Counted from the stretch's first letter, positions 29,611 through 40,514 are shown. The stretch: DNA of 64,000 bases from an uncultured Planctomycetales bacterium (GCA_964354795.1 CAYHBB010000003.1:5887-69886), one strand, 5' to 3'. A program made the numbers and translations. The notes: a model not told the origin generated them from the sequence alone.

Positions 29611-30996
29611 ATGAAAATACTTTTTGTCCAATTTGAACCTCGCGAAAGCTTAGCAGTCGAGTACCTTTCTGCCTACTTGCAAGGATTTGGACATTCCACC
29701 AGCGTACTTATTGTTGGTATTACGTCTCCTTCTAGGATTATATCGCAGATTCAATCGAATCAGCCTGGCATGATTTGTGTTACTGATTCGGGTTCTGATG
29801 CTGAAAGAATCAAGGTCCTTTCAGCTTTGCTAAAAAAGAATAGTAGTGCGAAAATTGTAATAGGTGGCTATATAACTATAAATAAAGAAGAAGTCTTTGA
29901 GAAAGATAGTAATGTAGATGCCTATTGCATAGGAAGCGGATTTTATCTTTATGGGTTGATACAGTATTATGAGGGCAATTATCCAGCTGAAAATATTCCT
30001 AATTTTATTATAAGACGCAATGGCACGTTAATAAGGAATAAGCTCGATAGCGATTCACATTTTTGCGATTTTAAGGATAGGGATATGTTTATTTATCGCG
30101 AGTACCCATTCCTGTATTACAGTATATTTCCTTTCGTTATGGCATCTTATGGTTGTATTAATAATTGTAGTTTTTGTTTCTATTCTGGTTTTAAAAGTAG
30201 ATTTGGCAAAAGGGCAGGACTTTGCTATAAAAAGCCGGATCTCGTTTTAAAGGAAATACTTCAGATGCAGAAAATTAATAGGTATTTCAAGTGCTTTAAT
30301 TTTGTCGACGACAATATGTCAAATGATATTGGTTGGCTCACTGACCTAATGAGTATTATTAAGCCATTAGGACTGAGGTTTTTTGCTAAAATAGATATTA
30401 ATAGTTGTACCGAAGAAATGATAAGGATGATGCGGGAGGCTGGCTTATTTGGAGCAACTATCGGAATAGAGCATATAAATCAGAATATAAGAGAGTCATT
30501 GTTAAATAAGAATTTCACTAATGATAAGCTTATTCAAGTGATTTCGTGGCTTAGGAAATATGGTGTGCATATCCGGGCGTATTTTATAATCGGCCTACCC
30601 TATCAAACTGCAGAAGATGTCTCAGAAAATGTTTCATTTGCAAGGAGGCATGGCTTAAAAGAGGCAGCATTTACTTTTCTAGCCTTACTTCCTAATACCG
30701 TGCTCAGAGAAAAAATAATGAATGAATATAGGGATGAGGATTTAAAGAAAGTGTTTCCTCTCTCAAAAGCACTGTTATCGCGCTTACAGCTTCAGCAGGA
30801 GCCGATGTTTTTGTCTGGCGCCCCGTTATATATTTCACAACTCATATGCAAAGCTTACTTTATTTGTCTGAAATTAAGGTATTATCCTCTTGGTGCCATC
30901 AATTTATTTTTATACGGCTGTCGTTTATCCAGCTACTTTATAAAAGAATATGTATTAAATATCTTCGATTCCGTCAGTTTAAAAAAATGTCGATAG
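29611..30996 (+). CDS. B12-binding radical SAM protein (class B)
   Basis: N-terminal B12-binding-like domain (MKILFVQFEP...), CINNCSFC CxxxCxxC, followed by a TIM-barrel-length domain. Confidence 0.8.
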   Translation: MKILFVQFEPRESLAVEYLSAYLQGFGHSTSVLIVGITSPSRIISQIQSNQPGMICVTDSGSDAERIKVLSALLKKNSSAKIVIGGYITINKEEVFEKDSNVDAYCIGSGFYLYGLIQYYEGNYPAENIPNFIIRRNGTLIRNKLDSDSHFCDFKDRDMFIYREYPFLYYSIFPFVMASYGCINNCSFCFYSGFKSRFGKRAGLCYKKPDLVLKEILQMQKINRYFKCFNFVDDNMSNDIGWLTDLMSIIKPLGLRFFAKIDINSCTEEMIRMMREAGLFGATIGIEHINQNIRESLLNKNFTNDKLIQVISWLRKYGVHIRAYFIIGLPYQTAEDVSENVSFARRHGLKEAAFTFLALLPNTVLREKIMNEYRDEDLKKVFPLSKALLSRLQLQQEPMFLSGAPLYISQLICKAYFICLKLRYYPLGAINLFLYGCRLSSYFIKEYVLNIFDSVSLKKCR

Positions 30997-31017
30997 AGCC
31001 AGGGAATATTTAAGAGA

Positions 31018-31761
31018 ATGAAAAGCATTTCAATTGTTTATCCAGTTTATAATGAAGAATCCTATGTTAAATTGACCATAGAGCAAGCGCTAGCAACTAT
31101 TTCAAAAATAACCAATGATTTTGAAATAATTGTTGTTAATGACGCAAGTTCAGATAATACCTTGGCCCTATTGAGAGAATATTCCAGAGATAATAACAAG
31201 ATAAAGATTTATTGTAATGAGACTAATAACAAATTAGGTGGGACTTTAAGAAAAGGCTTCAAAGAGGCGACTAAAGAGCTAGTGCTTTATTCTGATTTTG
31301 ATATGCCATTTGACCTGAAGGATGTCAATGAAGCCCTAGAAATATTTAATAAAGAAAAAGCCGATTTACTATCTGCATACAGAATAAATAGGGAAGTCGA
31401 TGGCTTAAAAAGAACCGTTTATAGCATTATTTATAATTGGCTAGTTAATTTTCTATTTAAAATTAATCTAAAAGATATTAATTTCTCTTTTAAGCTATTC
31501 AATAGGAGGATATTGGATAGTATTATTTTAGAATCGGAGGGGTCATTTATTAGCGCAGAGTTCCTAATAAGAGCGAAAATGCAAGGTTTTAAAATCGTGC
31601 AATTTCCAGTTATGTATTATTCTAGAAGTAAGGGACGCTCTCGTTTAGCTTCTATCGGTGTAGTGGTAAAGATAATAAAAGAGCTTTGTATTTTTTATTT
31701 TGTAAATTTTAACGCCATTATAAAGAGAAATATTTTGGGGGGGAAAGTCATTGGGTATTAA
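31018..31761 (+). CDS. GT2 polyprenol-phosphate glycosyltransferase-like (DPM1/GtrB-type) protein
   Basis: SIVYPVYNEESYV...IIVVNDASSDNT, DFDMPFD, RSKGRSRL. Confidence 0.7.
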   Translation: MKSISIVYPVYNEESYVKLTIEQALATISKITNDFEIIVVNDASSDNTLALLREYSRDNNKIKIYCNETNNKLGGTLRKGFKEATKELVLYSDFDMPFDLKDVNEALEIFNKEKADLLSAYRINREVDGLKRTVYSIIYNWLVNFLFKINLKDINFSFKLFNRRILDSIILESEGSFISAEFLIRAKMQGFKIVQFPVMYYSRSKGRSRLASIGVVVKIIKELCIFYFVNFNAIIKRNILGGKVIGY

Positions 31762-31808
31762 AGTTATTATAGGTCAGAAGCTACTAAGCCCGGGGAGGGT
31801 GCTGGACC

Positions 31809-33185
31809 TTGGATAAAAAAAGAATCCTGTTATTGGTTCCGCCAGCTGGTAAGCAGTATATCCGGGATTATTACTGCAGCTTCTCTTCTAAGGCGGGCTA
31901 CTATTGGCCACCGCAAGATTTAGTCGTTTTAAGCGGCAGTTTAAGCAAAATGTTTGAGCTAGAGGTGATTGATGCTATCGCCTTAAAGTTGAGTTTGCAA
32001 GATTGCCTTAAAGCGGTTTCGCGCAGTAATGTTGATATGATTATTGCTGCGACCGGGACTGCAACCTTGAACGATGATCTTAATTTCCTGGAGCTTGTAA
32101 AGAACAATGATCCGCTAATAAAAATAGTCCTCTCTAGCTCGATATTTCTCTCTCTCGGAAACAGGTTTTTGCTTGAGTATTATTTTATTGACGGAGTTAT
32201 GCTGGACTTTACAAATGATGATGTTGCGAACTATATATTAGGTAAATATGACGCTATCGTGAGCATGTATTTTAGAAAAGGCGGCGAAATCATTAACAGG
32301 TGCTCTGAGCCTGACAAGTCATTTAGCATAGCGATACCTCGACATGATTTATTTATAGATAAAGGATATAGGCTCCAGTTATTTAAAAAAGAAAACTTTG
32401 TAATAACTATTACTTCAATCGGCTGTCCTTACAAATGTTCTTTTTGCTGCGCTGGGGCCGTGAGATACAGGACCAGGACAATCGATAACGTTATGGAAGA
32501 ATTAAAATTCGTTAAGAATGCCTTGGGAATTAGAAACATTTTCTTTGCTAATCCTATCTTTTTTGTAAGTAAAGAATACGCTGTAGAACTTCTTAATTCA
32601 ATAATTAAAAATAAGTTAGCCGGAATTGAATGGATTGCAAATGTGCGCGTAGATATCTTAGATGAGGAATTGATAAGCTTAATGAAACAGGCTGGATGCA
32701 AGGCGTTATTGTTTGGCATTGAGAGCGGTGATCAAGATATACTGGATAAATACGGGAAAGGCATTTCTTTATCTGAAAGCAAGATTATTTTTAAGCTATG
32801 TAAGAGGCATAATATCTCTACTTTGGCCTATTTTATGCTAGGTTTTCCTGAAGACAACCAAACATCTATTGATAAGACTTTAAGGTATGTGAAAGAGGCG
32901 GCTTGTGATTATATTTCAGTCGGCTTTGCCGTACCGGACATAGGCACTAGATTAAGGGGCAGGGTTATTGAAGAAAATTATTGTTCGGTAGACTTTCTGA
33001 ACAGTTGGGACAGTTCCGCAGCTCCGTACATCAAAAATATCTCATTTTCACAAGAAGAGTTAGTAAGGATAAGAAAGAGAATATACCGCAGCTTTTATTT
33101 GCGTCCTGGGTGGATTATGCGGCATTTACTTGAACTAAACCTCAAGGATTTAATCAGCGGTGGAGCGAGGATATTAAGCAATTAA
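31809..33185 (+). CDS. B12-binding radical SAM protein (class B)
   Basis: RILLLVPPAG B12-binding domain; CPYKCSFC CxxxCxxC. Confidence 0.8.
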   Translation: MDKKRILLLVPPAGKQYIRDYYCSFSSKAGYYWPPQDLVVLSGSLSKMFELEVIDAIALKLSLQDCLKAVSRSNVDMIIAATGTATLNDDLNFLELVKNNDPLIKIVLSSSIFLSLGNRFLLEYYFIDGVMLDFTNDDVANYILGKYDAIVSMYFRKGGEIINRCSEPDKSFSIAIPRHDLFIDKGYRLQLFKKENFVITITSIGCPYKCSFCCAGAVRYRTRTIDNVMEELKFVKNALGIRNIFFANPIFFVSKEYAVELLNSIIKNKLAGIEWIANVRVDILDEELISLMKQAGCKALLFGIESGDQDILDKYGKGISLSESKIIFKLCKRHNISTLAYFMLGFPEDNQTSIDKTLRYVKEAACDYISVGFAVPDIGTRLRGRVIEENYCSVDFLNSWDSSAAPYIKNISFSQEELVRIRKRIYRSFYLRPGWIMRHLLELNLKDLISGGARILSN

Positions 33186-33187
33186 TC

Positions 33188-34030
33188 ATTAATGCCGATG
33201 ATTTCGGGCTTTCCTCAGTCATCAACCAAGGCGTAATTGACGGCTTTGAGGGTGGCGTTATAACGAGCGCTTCCATTTGCGCGAATGGAGGCGCTTTTGA
33301 AGAAGCGGTTGTTTTATGCAAGCAAAACCCATGCCTGGACATAGGTTTACATGTTACTTTAATTGATGAAAGAGCAGTCTTGCCAGCAGAGCGGATACGG
33401 TCATTAGTCGAGAGTGAGAATCTTTTTTTCAAAAATACTTTTAGATTCTTATATAGGTATTTTTCGGGACGGATTTATATAAAAGACATTGAGTCAGAGA
33501 TAAGGGCGCAGATAGAAAAAGCTCTAGGTTCGGGACTAACTTTATCCCATATTGACAGTCATCGCCACTTGCATTTGTTGCCCCGAATACAAGATTGCAT
33601 ATTGAGCTTAACTAAAGAGTATAAAATACCGTATATTAGGTGCGGGAATTCACGTTGCTTGTCGATGTTTTCTTCAGGGATGCTAAAATGTTTATCATTC
33701 AATATTTTATCAAGATCTTTCAGAATGAAGCTTAGGAATAATCGTATTGCTTCTTGTGATGAAACAATCGGCCTAGAGTACAGCGGGCACTTGACAGAAA
33801 CACGCTTATTAGGTTTATTATCTGTTTTGCATGATGGTTTTACGGAATTAGTCTGCCATCCGGGCCGCGGAGAAATTGCATTGGAAAATCAGTATAAAGG
33901 CTGGGGTTACAATTTTGAAAATGAGCTCAAGGCTTTATTAAATATTAAAATAAGAGAGTTGATTAAAGAAAAGGGCGTTATTCTTACTAACTTTACTAAC
34001 TTAAGTAACGCTTTAATTAATGGATCTTAA
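33188..34030 (+). CDS. YdjC/ChbG/HpnK-family carbohydrate deacetylase with no canonical start codon; the conserved N-terminus begins exactly at the stop of the upstream gene, in another frame
   Basis: INADDFGLSSVINQGVIDGFEGGVITSASIC... and SHIDSHRHLH (YdjC-type metal-binding His/Asp motif). The reading frame is open from 33134, yet there is no ATG/GTG/TTG before the ATG at 33380, which would remove ~65 conserved residues. Confidence 0.55.
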   Translation: MNADDFGLSSVINQGVIDGFEGGVITSASICANGGAFEEAVVLCKQNPCLDIGLHVTLIDERAVLPAERIRSLVESENLFFKNTFRFLYRYFSGRIYIKDIESEIRAQIEKALGSGLTLSHIDSHRHLHLLPRIQDCILSLTKEYKIPYIRCGNSRCLSMFSSGMLKCLSFNILSRSFRMKLRNNRIASCDETIGLEYSGHLTETRLLGLLSVLHDGFTELVCHPGRGEIALENQYKGWGYNFENELKALLNIKIRELIKEKGVILTNFTNLSNALINGS

Positions 34031-35435
34031 ATTAGTTAATAATCGATTCTTAAAAAGGGCTGTATTTGCGCTTCCATTCTTAATATGTTTTTTTATTCAG
34101 CTCAGTAAAATCAATAATGACATCGTTAGCTTTTCTGAAGTATGGTGGATATTGTCGCCATTTAGGTCCCTTGAAACAGTGCAGGGAGGGCATACTCCTT
34201 ACTACTATTACTTAGTCAGATTTATCCAGATCTTTAATGTATTTGATATTGCGCCGTACGCGTATTTGAGGTTTATTAATTGCCTTTTTAACATTGCCGC
34301 GCTGGCTTATATATATAAGGCATTTAAAGAGTTTTTGGATCAAAAAACCGCCTTTTTAACAATCCTTTGTCTTAGCCTTGGTTCGTTCTTTTTAGGTGCT
34401 ACGGTCACTACAGTCAGGTATCCACTTGTTAATTTGCTGTTCTTTTTTTCCTTGTATAATTTCTTTGCCTATCTACGAATCAGATCAAACCGATATTTTG
34501 TTTTATTTTTTATATCTGAGCTTATTGTAACTTCACTGGATACACATGCTGTATTCGGATGCATTTTTAAAATATTTTATCTGGTATTTTATAAGTTGCG
34601 AATTGATAGAAAACTAATAATCGCGGCTATATTGCTTGGAATAAACTTTATTGTAACTAATTTTTTTATTTATATTGTTGCAAGGCCATTTATTTGGTCG
34701 CACGTAGGGTGGCTGGCATCGCAGAATAATTTTATCTATTTTGTAAACGAATTCTTGCCAAATTTCTTTTTTAATACGCTGTCTTTCGAGTTTCCATTGA
34801 TTGCTTGGTTAGCTCTTATTGTACTATTTATCTTTTTCATTTTCATTCTAATCAAGATCCGGGATCGTGGCGTAAAGACTATTGCATTATTTATTTCAAC
34901 TTGCTTCCTATTGCTTGGCTTGATTCAATATGCGACTAAACTCCAATGTTTTACTACAAAGCATTTTATTTTCTTGGTTCCTTTTATACTCTCTTTGTTT
35001 TTCTATGTTATTCCGGAGCGCAGACGAATATTATCTTATCTTTTTTGCGCGTTCATCGGCTATAATACAGTAATTTCATATTCAGCCATTTGCGCATCTA
35101 ATTACACTTATATCTTTAGGGCTATTGAAAGATATAGGCCTACTATTTGTTTAAGTCTCCATGGGTCCGGATTCGTTCCTGAGACCATTTTAAAGAGCCT
35201 ATACCCAAGCATTCAGATTGAGCGTGTCGAATCCATAAAAAGTAACAGTTCTTATTCTGCTAAAACTCTTATGGTTGTTTCAAGTTATAATTCTAATGAT
35301 TTTATTGGGAGTAGTATTGAGATTTTAAAGGTCCCATTATCGGGATATACCAAGATTTTGGACTATTATTTCGAATATTGTCCGGGTTATACGTGTGTAT
35401 ATTCGATATATAAGCGCGAGATAGATCGATGGTAA
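34020..35435 (+). CDS. large polytopic membrane protein (possible GT-C-like glycosyltransferase or polymerase)
   Basis: More than 10 hydrophobic helices; no diagnostic motif recognised. Confidence 0.35.
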   Translation: MDLKLVNNRFLKRAVFALPFLICFFIQLSKINNDIVSFSEVWWILSPFRSLETVQGGHTPYYYYLVRFIQIFNVFDIAPYAYLRFINCLFNIAALAYIYKAFKEFLDQKTAFLTILCLSLGSFFLGATVTTVRYPLVNLLFFFSLYNFFAYLRIRSNRYFVLFFISELIVTSLDTHAVFGCIFKIFYLVFYKLRIDRKLIIAAILLGINFIVTNFFIYIVARPFIWSHVGWLASQNNFIYFVNEFLPNFFFNTLSFEFPLIAWLALIVLFIFFIFILIKIRDRGVKTIALFISTCFLLLGLIQYATKLQCFTTKHFIFLVPFILSLFFYVIPERRRILSYLFCAFIGYNTVISYSAICASNYTYIFRAIERYRPTICLSLHGSGFVPETILKSLYPSIQIERVESIKSNSSYSAKTLMVVSSYNSNDFIGSSIEILKVPLSGYTKILDYYFEYCPGYTCVYSIYKREIDRW

Positions 35436-36241
35436 TTAAGTCAGGATTAGAAACAGATAAATCTGATATAACTAGCCTTCGAGATCTTTGGGATCGGGAG
35501 TCTGAGAAGTGGGAGAAGCAATCCGGGAGTTCCGATTCAAGGATTTTCTTAACTCATGAAAGGATAGACTATATTACCGCCCTGATAGCCAGGAACCGAA
35601 AAGCGTGCAATGTCCTTGATGTAGCTTGTGGGCCAGGTTTTATAAGCTTGAGGTTGACAGAGGCAGGATTTGATGTTTACGGGTTTGATATTTCAGTGAA
35701 ATTTATAAACCACACTATTAAACGTATTGGCAATAAAATTAATGATCCGGAATTACATTTTCGAGTCTCAGAAAATGGCGAAATCCCTTTTGACGGAATG
35801 CGCTTTGATTTAATCTTAGCCATAGGTATTTTACCTTTTTTAAAGAACAATAGTGTTTACATAGGGGGCCTTAAGTCTTACTTGAAGGAAGATGGGTATA
35901 TTATAGCCTCGTGTGTCAATGGCTCAAGCGTGTATATTTTTAGAAGCATACTTAAGCTTTGGCGTAGTATATCATTATTTACTATAATACGCCTACTTAG
36001 AACGGGAATCTGGTATGAAGAATATGACGCATATTATAAGTTTAAACAGGCGCATAATATTCGACAGCTGGATAAGCTCTTTCTGGCGAAAGGCTTTGAG
36101 AAGGTTGATGACATGATTCTTTTCGGCCTTGATCGCTTAGAAAGAAACCCGTTAAAAAGAACCGGGTTTAATAAAGTGCTTTCAAAATATTTTGGTTGGT
36201 TGCATTACGGAGTGTACAGGATAAGAAACAAGAACAGTTAA
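35429..36241 (+). CDS. class I SAM-dependent methyltransferase
   Basis: VLDVACGPGFISLRLTEAGFDVYGFDIS motif I / post-I. Confidence 0.7.
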   Translation: MVIKSGLETDKSDITSLRDLWDRESEKWEKQSGSSDSRIFLTHERIDYITALIARNRKACNVLDVACGPGFISLRLTEAGFDVYGFDISVKFINHTIKRIGNKINDPELHFRVSENGEIPFDGMRFDLILAIGILPFLKNNSVYIGGLKSYLKEDGYIIASCVNGSSVYIFRSILKLWRSISLFTIIRLLRTGIWYEEYDAYYKFKQAHNIRQLDKLFLAKGFEKVDDMILFGLDRLERNPLKRTGFNKVLSKYFGWLHYGVYRIRNKNS

Positions 36242-36371
36242 ATATGTAGAATTTCCTATATATGGTGATGTATACTGTTTTTAATGAGAAGATTGACTGG
36301 TGCTCGGAATTCTTTGTATCTAGACGCGAAAGTTTCGCAATTTCAGAAAATAAGGTATCGACATAAATTAT

Positions 36372-37037
36372 ATGGATATAATACTCGCTAATATTAATAA
36401 AAGTTACATCATAACTCGTTTCCCCTTCCTGAGGAAACGTGTAATCTTTGCTCTTAAGAATTTTTCGATGCACTTTAAAGGAGGTAATATTTATGCTTTG
36501 GTTGGAAGGAATGGCGCTGGCAAAACTACTTTACTTAAAATTGTATCGGGAATTATATTACAGGATAGCGGAAGCATACAAATTAATGGTAGTGGTTCTT
36601 TAATAGGGCAAGTTGTTTATGTCTCTTCTAATGAAAAGATATTTTATGAAAATTTAACTGCTAAGCAGAACATATATTTTTTTAGTGAAATTTCGGGGCT
36701 AACCCACAAAGTTATAAAATCTAGGCTCAGCGTATATTCAAAAATGTTTTGTTTAGATGGGGACCTTTTGAGAAAATGTTGGCAGCTGTCATCAGGTACG
36801 AAGAGAAAGCTAGCTATAATTCTAGGGCTTATGAGAGAATCCAAAGTTATTTTGATAGATGAAATATTCGATAAGATAGATAGGGTTAGTCGTCATGTAC
36901 TCATGAAGCATTTAAGAGAAACTGCGCAAAAAGAGGGAAAGATCATTGTTTATACGTCCCATTTAACAGAGTATATGCCTGAGTTTTATGATGAGATTGT
37001 CGAAATTGATGAAGGAGCATTGGTAAATGTTAGCTAA
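36372..37037 (+). CDS. ABC transporter ATP-binding protein (ABC-2 exporter type)
   Basis: Walker A GRNGAGKTT, signature LSSGTKRKLAI, Walker B VILIDEIFD. Confidence 0.8.
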   Translation: MDIILANINKSYIITRFPFLRKRVIFALKNFSMHFKGGNIYALVGRNGAGKTTLLKIVSGIILQDSGSIQINGSGSLIGQVVYVSSNEKIFYENLTAKQNIYFFSEISGLTHKVIKSRLSVYSKMFCLDGDLLRKCWQLSSGTKRKLAIILGLMRESKVILIDEIFDKIDRVSRHVLMKHLRETAQKEGKIIVYTSHLTEYMPEFYDEIVEIDEGALVNVS

Positions 37038-37848
37038 AACAATCAGAACTTACCTTGCTTTCTTTAAGTTTAATATAGCATGGTATTCATCACATAGAAT
37101 TCAAATACTTGTTGGAGCTATAAATTCGCTTTCTTTTATGGTAGCGTTTTGTTTTGTATCTAAAATGCTAACAAAAACTGATATTCCTAATTTCATTCTC
37201 GGTAATCAAAACGAATACTTTTTATCAGTTTATATTGGGTTAGTCAGCTCCCTGTATTTTATAAATTCTATAGTAGCCCTAAATTCTAACATTAAAAATG
37301 CACAGATGACAGGTGTTCTTGAGCACATAATTGGGGTTGGTGTGCCTGTATGTACTTACGTTATGATACATGTAGTAGAAGATTTCTTAAGAACTACATT
37401 TATGATCATTCTTTACATATTCGTCGGAGTAATTATATTTGGGCTCCATGTGAAAGCTTTTAATTTTCCTATTTTGATAATATACTTTCTTTTAATCGTT
37501 CCATTTTATTATTGTATTGCAGTAATTGTCGCTGAATTAACTTTATTTTTCAAAGAAATCGGCGGTATTGATTTTTTTGTGCGAAACTATATTTCACTAT
37601 TTTCGGGAATTTTTTTCTCGACTTATCTCTTACCGTTTCCTATAGATATAATAAAGGATGTAATTCCTGTCTATAGGTGTGTTGATGTTGCAAGGATGAT
37701 TTTTATCGCTAACGTTAATTACGCAGAATTGTTTTATAATATTAAGATCATCGCACTTTATTTTCTCGTATTTCTTTTCATAAGCGTAATTTTAATGCGT
37801 AAAGCTACTGAAGCCATAAAGAAAGATGGCTCTATTGTATCGTATTAG
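37027..37848 (+). CDS. ABC-2 type transporter permease
   Basis: six-TM protein translationally coupled to the upstream ABC ATPase. Confidence 0.6.
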   Translation: MLAKTIRTYLAFFKFNIAWYSSHRIQILVGAINSLSFMVAFCFVSKMLTKTDIPNFILGNQNEYFLSVYIGLVSSLYFINSIVALNSNIKNAQMTGVLEHIIGVGVPVCTYVMIHVVEDFLRTTFMIILYIFVGVIIFGLHVKAFNFPILIIYFLLIVPFYYCIAVIVAELTLFFKEIGGIDFFVRNYISLFSGIFFSTYLLPFPIDIIKDVIPVYRCVDVARMIFIANVNYAELFYNIKIIALYFLVFLFISVILMRKATEAIKKDGSIVSY

Positions 37849-37927
37849 TCTGATAAAAAACCTATTAATATATGAATGGGTATGAACTTGTTAGTGTTCA
37901 AGGCTGTATCTAATTGGTGAAGGTGCT

Positions 37928-38626
37928 ATGAGGTTTTCTCTTGTTATTCCTTGTCACAATGAAGCAGCTAATCTCCCTTTGTTATTACCTCGATGTAAGG
38001 AAGTAACTCGCCGCTCTGATATTGAAATTATCCTGGTAGATAATGGCTCAACAGATAATAGCCCAGATATTTTCTTCGATTTGCTTCCACAGTATCCTGG
38101 ATGTCGTAGTATTCGCATTGAAGAAAATAATGGTTACGGGCGCGGTATTCTCACTGGCCTCAGGGCGGCAAGAGGTGAAATTCTTGGTTGGACTCACGCT
38201 GACATGCAGGCTGATCCTCAGGACTCATTGCGAGCATTAGAATTGTTTGAAAAGTATGGACTGGATATCTTTGTAAAAGGACGACGCTACGGCCGTCCTT
38301 TAGGGGATGTGGCGCTCACCGTAGGAATGAGTGTTTTCGAAACTTTGCTATTCGGTAAGTCAATGTGTGACATTAACGCCCAGCCTACCATGTTTTCACG
38401 AACATTTTTCGATACTTGGATAGAGCCACCATATGATGATTCTCTTGATCTCTATGCTTATTATCAGGCCCGCTGCAAGCGTCTTAAGATACATCGTTTT
38501 CCTGTGAGGTTTGGTAAGCGTGCGTATGGTGTTTCACACTGGAATGTGAATTGGGCTGCAAAACTTAAGTTTATTCATCGCATAGTGAATTCTAGCTTAA
38601 AGTTAAAGAAAAGGATTAAAACATGA
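37928..38626 (+). CDS. GT2-family glycosyltransferase
   Basis: FSLVIPCHNEAANL...IILVDNGSTDNS; GC noticeably higher than in neighbouring genes. Confidence 0.75.
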   Translation: MRFSLVIPCHNEAANLPLLLPRCKEVTRRSDIEIILVDNGSTDNSPDIFFDLLPQYPGCRSIRIEENNGYGRGILTGLRAARGEILGWTHADMQADPQDSLRALELFEKYGLDIFVKGRRYGRPLGDVALTVGMSVFETLLFGKSMCDINAQPTMFSRTFFDTWIEPPYDDSLDLYAYYQARCKRLKIHRFPVRFGKRAYGVSHWNVNWAAKLKFIHRIVNSSLKLKKRIKT

Positions 38627-38693
38627 AACTTGCCTTTAAACAGATTACAAAATTGCTAAGCCAAAGATACCACACATTGTGAAGGAGATGGTT

Positions 38694-40451
38694 ATGGCGC
38701 ATTTATTTATATTCTTATTACTTATTTTTTTTGGTACTACAACTGGTTATGTTTTATTAACATGGAGCATGAAATGGAAGGAAGAGGTTCCTTTTTCACT
38801 GAGAATCGGAGCGTCTTATTTTATCGGGATTGCATTCTATATCTTTCTAGTACGCACTTTGTCGACAGTGTTAAATCGTGCTGATTGGGCTGTCTGGATC
38901 GTGCTGTTATCAACTATTTTTATATTTATTTGGTTTAATAAAAGGTTACTTCTGTTCCTTCGAGAGTTTTTATCCAAGAGATCTGTGATTTATGTAATAT
39001 TGGGTTGGATTCTTTATGCCCCGCTAATTTTTATTTATTTGTATCCAAACAGCTATAAACTGGATGATTTTTCGCATACCTGGACTTTGCCTTATGTCAG
39101 ATATTCGTGGTTTTCTAATCTTATAAGTGAGTGTAAGTTTATCCCCGTGATAGGCCAAAATTACGGTCAGTCAATTTTAAGCTTTATGGGGGGAGAGATT
39201 TCCGGAAAAAGTCCTTATCTGTTTATTTTTCTATGGTTTCTTTCGTCCATTATTTTCTTAGGGTCATTCTTTTATGGATTTATTAATCTTTATGAGAAAA
39301 AGCCTTGGCTAATTTTATCTGCCGTTTTATTAATGTTATTTGGGACCACCGCGCTTTCGATAACACATGTTATAGTAATCGATACTATTAATCCGTTTGC
39401 CCTTTGTGGTTATACTGACGTGTTATTCGGTGTTTTTTCAGTTTTAATGCTTTTACTTTTTCACGCTGAAATTCAGAAAAGAACAAGTAACTTTTTACCC
39501 TTGTTTGTTGTTGCCGCATTGATAATTATCACTAATTTCTTTACTGCTCCTCAGAATATAATATATCTTTCGATGTTAGTCCCGGTATTATTTTTTAATT
39601 CGTTAAGGACTACGAAAAACATGAGTGAACCAATTTTCTGGTCTTCTGTTTTAGTCTTCGCGGCATTAGTTGCAATACCACAGGGTGGAATGTTGACCCC
39701 TAAGTTTATGCAGTCTGGTATATATCCCGTTCTCTTGACTACGTTTGTTGGCCCTGAAAGTAATTCAGGGATCCGTTTTTTACTTGGGATCCCTTTCCAT
39801 ATAAATGGGGTGCTGGGGATGGGGACTCCCGGGGGAGGCGTAGGAGAGGGTCAGCTCGCCTTCCTTAAAGAAGTTTTTATTTATATGAAAGATTGGAAGG
39901 CAAATTTCATGCCAATCGCCTGGATTACAGAACAAATCTTTTTCACATCACTTAGAGTTTTATTTTTTCCAATCATTGGGACTCTGGCGCTTTTCTTTAT
40001 GTATAAACGTGTGGATATTACCGATTTAACAAAAAGAACTATCGCAATACCAACATATAAATCATTATGGATTATTGGGGCTTATACTTTTATTATTGGA
40101 TTTTTTATTAGCTTTACTTTTATGATAGAAGGATATAAGTGGGAGTTAATCAGGCTTCTTATCCCAGGCGTGACGCTTGGGATGTTAGGGGTTTCATTAG
40201 GTCTATTAAATATATTTAAAAGAGGAAAAAGAAATAGTCGCTATTTGTTTATCTTTATTTTATGCTTGGTAATATGCGGTCCTGTGTGGGCCCTTTTGAG
40301 TTCTTTTGCGATGAATATGAATGATTTTTCTAGTGATAAGTTTATCAGGTTTCAAGCATTTTTAGGGGAAGGGCCAAAGATCGATCATAAATTATGTTCA
40401 GGTGCTACGGTTAGTATAGAGACTAGTACAAATACACCTGGCTGCAAATAA
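38694..40451 (+). CDS. large polytopic membrane protein, unknown function (possible polymerase or GT-C-like)
   Basis: About 14 hydrophobic helices; start chosen at the ATG 6 nt after the AAGGAG RBS. Confidence 0.4.
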   Translation: MAHLFIFLLLIFFGTTTGYVLLTWSMKWKEEVPFSLRIGASYFIGIAFYIFLVRTLSTVLNRADWAVWIVLLSTIFIFIWFNKRLLLFLREFLSKRSVIYVILGWILYAPLIFIYLYPNSYKLDDFSHTWTLPYVRYSWFSNLISECKFIPVIGQNYGQSILSFMGGEISGKSPYLFIFLWFLSSIIFLGSFFYGFINLYEKKPWLILSAVLLMLFGTTALSITHVIVIDTINPFALCGYTDVLFGVFSVLMLLLFHAEIQKRTSNFLPLFVVAALIIITNFFTAPQNIIYLSMLVPVLFFNSLRTTKNMSEPIFWSSVLVFAALVAIPQGGMLTPKFMQSGIYPVLLTTFVGPESNSGIRFLLGIPFHINGVLGMGTPGGGVGEGQLAFLKEVFIYMKDWKANFMPIAWITEQIFFTSLRVLFFPIIGTLALFFMYKRVDITDLTKRTIAIPTYKSLWIIGAYTFIIGFFISFTFMIEGYKWELIRLLIPGVTLGMLGVSLGLLNIFKRGKRNSRYLFIFILCLVICGPVWALLSSFAMNMNDFSSDKFIRFQAFLGEGPKIDHKLCSGATVSIETSTNTPGCK

Positions 40452-40514
40452 TCTAGATGGCGGTCAAGTTATTATGAATAAATTAATCAGCTATATTATA
40501 GATGGAGAGTAAGC

